From Bacteroidales bacterium (lineage in GTDB: Bacteria > Bacteroidota > Bacteroidia > Bacteroidales > Cfx3-03), in the NCBI GenBank assembly GCA_023251485.1, contig JAHEYR010000002.1, forward strand, positions 1-50,288: a DNA stretch of 50,288 nt. The letters are read 5' to 3'. Below are positions 49,042 through 50,288 of the stretch, piece after piece. Below the pieces are notes generated by a model, which saw only the letters and a program-made list of their open reading frames with translations, had not been told where the DNA came from and did no database searches. Both the position numbers and the translations under genes were made by a program. The first letter of the stretch is position 1, and the number at the start of each line of letters is the position of its first letter.

Positions 49042-50288
49042 GTGAAAGAAATTCTTGAATCGTTGAATGATGCACAGCGCGATGCTGTCAAACACACCAA
49101 AGGGCCGGTAATGGTTATCGCAGGAGCCGGATCTGGCAAAACACGCGTACTTACCTTTCGAATTGCCTATTTACTTCAAAAAGGGGTAGATCCCTTCAAT
49201 ATATTAGCACTTACTTTTACAAACAAAGCAGCAAAAGAGATGAAAGAGCGTATTTCAAAGCTCGTTGGCTCTGATGCCCGCAATGTTTGGATGGGAACGT
49301 TTCACTCTATCTTTGCACGCATCCTCAGAGTAGATGGTCATCTACTGGGCTATCCCTCAAATTTCACCATCTATGATACGGACGACTGCAAGAGTGCAAT
49401 CAAGGGGATTTTAAAGGATATGAACCTCGACGTAAAGGTGTACGATCCCAATTTTGTACTTCACCGTATCTCTTCGGCTAAATCAAATCTCCTCTCTGCA
49501 GAAGATTATGCGTCAAACAGTGAAATACAGATGCAAGATAAAACAGCAGGCAAACCATTGGTGGGTGAGATCTTTCTTAAATATAGAACCCGGTTGTTTA
49601 AAAATTCTGCAATGGATTTCGATGACCTTTTATATTATATGAATATCCTTCTGCGCGATTTTCCTGATATACTCTATAAGTATCAGCAAAAGTTCAAGTA
49701 TATCCTCGTCGATGAGTACCAGGATACCAACTTTGCACAATACCTTATTATAAAGAAGCTGGCCGCTCGTGATGAAAACATTTGTGTGGTTGGCGATGAT
49801 GCACAAAGTATTTACGCTTTTCGCGGTGCCAATATTCAAAACATATTAAACTTTCAACGCGACTATAGCGACACGAAGGTGTTTAAGCTCGAACAGAATT
49901 ATCGCTCTACACAGAATATTGTAAATGCTGCAAACAGTATTATCTCTAAAAATAAAGATCAGATTTTTAAAGAGGTTTGGACTTCAAATGAAGAAGGACA
50001 AAAAATACCCGTATTAAAAGCAAACTCGGATACTGAAGAAGGGGCATTGGTTGCACACTCCATCTTCGAGACGAAAATGAATAACCAGCTCCATAATCAC
50101 GATTTCGCCATTCTATATCGTACCAATTCGCAATCCCGGTCAATGGAAGAAGCGCTACGTAAAAGGAATATTCCTTATCGAATTTATGGAGGACTCTCTT
50201 TTTACAAACGAAAAGAGATAAAAGACCTGTTGGCATATTTCAGGATTGTCATCAATCAAAACGACCAGGAGGCGTTCAATAGAATCAT
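49042..50288 (+). CDS. UvrD/Rep/PcrA-family ATP-dependent DNA helicase (5' part, runs off the window)
   Basis: Not in the ORF track because there is no stop in the window. GTG start. Manual translation gives VKEILESLNDAQRDAV..., motifs AGAGSGKT, LTFTNKAA, VDEYQDT, GDDAQSIYAFRGA, QNYRST. The last full codon ends at 50286. Confidence 0.9.
   Translation, partial: MKEILESLNDAQRDAVKHTKGPVMVIAGAGSGKTRVLTFRIAYLLQKGVDPFNILALTFTNKAAKEMKERISKLVGSDARNVWMGTFHSIFARILRVDGHLLGYPSNFTIYDTDDCKSAIKGILKDMNLDVKVYDPNFVLHRISSAKSNLLSAEDYASNSEIQMQDKTAGKPLVGEIFLKYRTRLFKNSAMDFDDLLYYMNILLRDFPDILYKYQQKFKYILVDEYQDTNFAQYLIIKKLAARDENICVVGDDAQSIYAFRGANIQNILNFQRDYSDTKVFKLEQNYRSTQNIVNAANSIISKNKDQIFKEVWTSNEEGQKIPVLKANSDTEEGALVAHSIFETKMNNQLHNHDFAILYRTNSQSRSMEEALRKRNIPYRIYGGLSFYKRKEIKDLLAYFRIVINQNDQEAFNRI

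Overview
This window looks like a chromosomal segment of a Bacteroidota (Bacteroidia-like) genome. Three things point that way. Most intergenic regions carry TAnnTTTG (-7 type) promoter boxes. Shine-Dalgarno sequences are almost absent. The ribosomal super-operon runs rpsL-rpsG-fusA-rpsJ...rplQ with no tuf gene. Gene content, left to right: (1) a convergent pair of exported enzymes, a TIM-barrel sugar-phosphate isomerase-like protein and a lipoprotein metallophosphoesterase; (2) rlmN followed by a surface-polysaccharide module (O-antigen-ligase-like, Wzz-like, acyltransferase, flippase, three glycosyltransferases) with murB embedded in it; (3) a long minus-strand envelope and housekeeping array (ftsE-like ATPase, MacB-type permease, lpxB, surE, DUF502, maf, UbiA-family prenyltransferase, kdsC, DUF2520, a stand-alone CcmF-type haem lyase); (4) an orphan LytTR response regulator, a small zinc-ribbon membrane protein and an unknown lipoprotein; (5) eno and the complete alpha/spc/S10/str ribosomal protein cluster (32 genes, including rpmJ, which the ORF track misses); (6) the 5' part of a UvrD/PcrA-family helicase that runs off the window. 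I found no tRNA, rRNA, CRISPR array, transposase, integrase, defence or secondary-metabolite genes, and I do not see a convincing novel multi-gene system. The most unusual signal is non-coding: a ~170-200 nt element in two direct copies, at 1-200 (cut by the window edge) and 48734-48911. It is built from inverted arrays of 11-nt phased GTGCGA/TCGCAC units around a perfect dyad, and the two copies differ by exactly two units. Lesser observations are a 663-nt ORF-poor region with twin promoters upstream of rpsL, duplicated upstream sequences flanking the acyltransferase gene, back-to-back divergent promoter boxes, predicted leaderless genes, and GNRA-capped hairpins inside the ribosomal operons. 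All functional calls come from reading motifs in the translations and from gene order. No database search was run.
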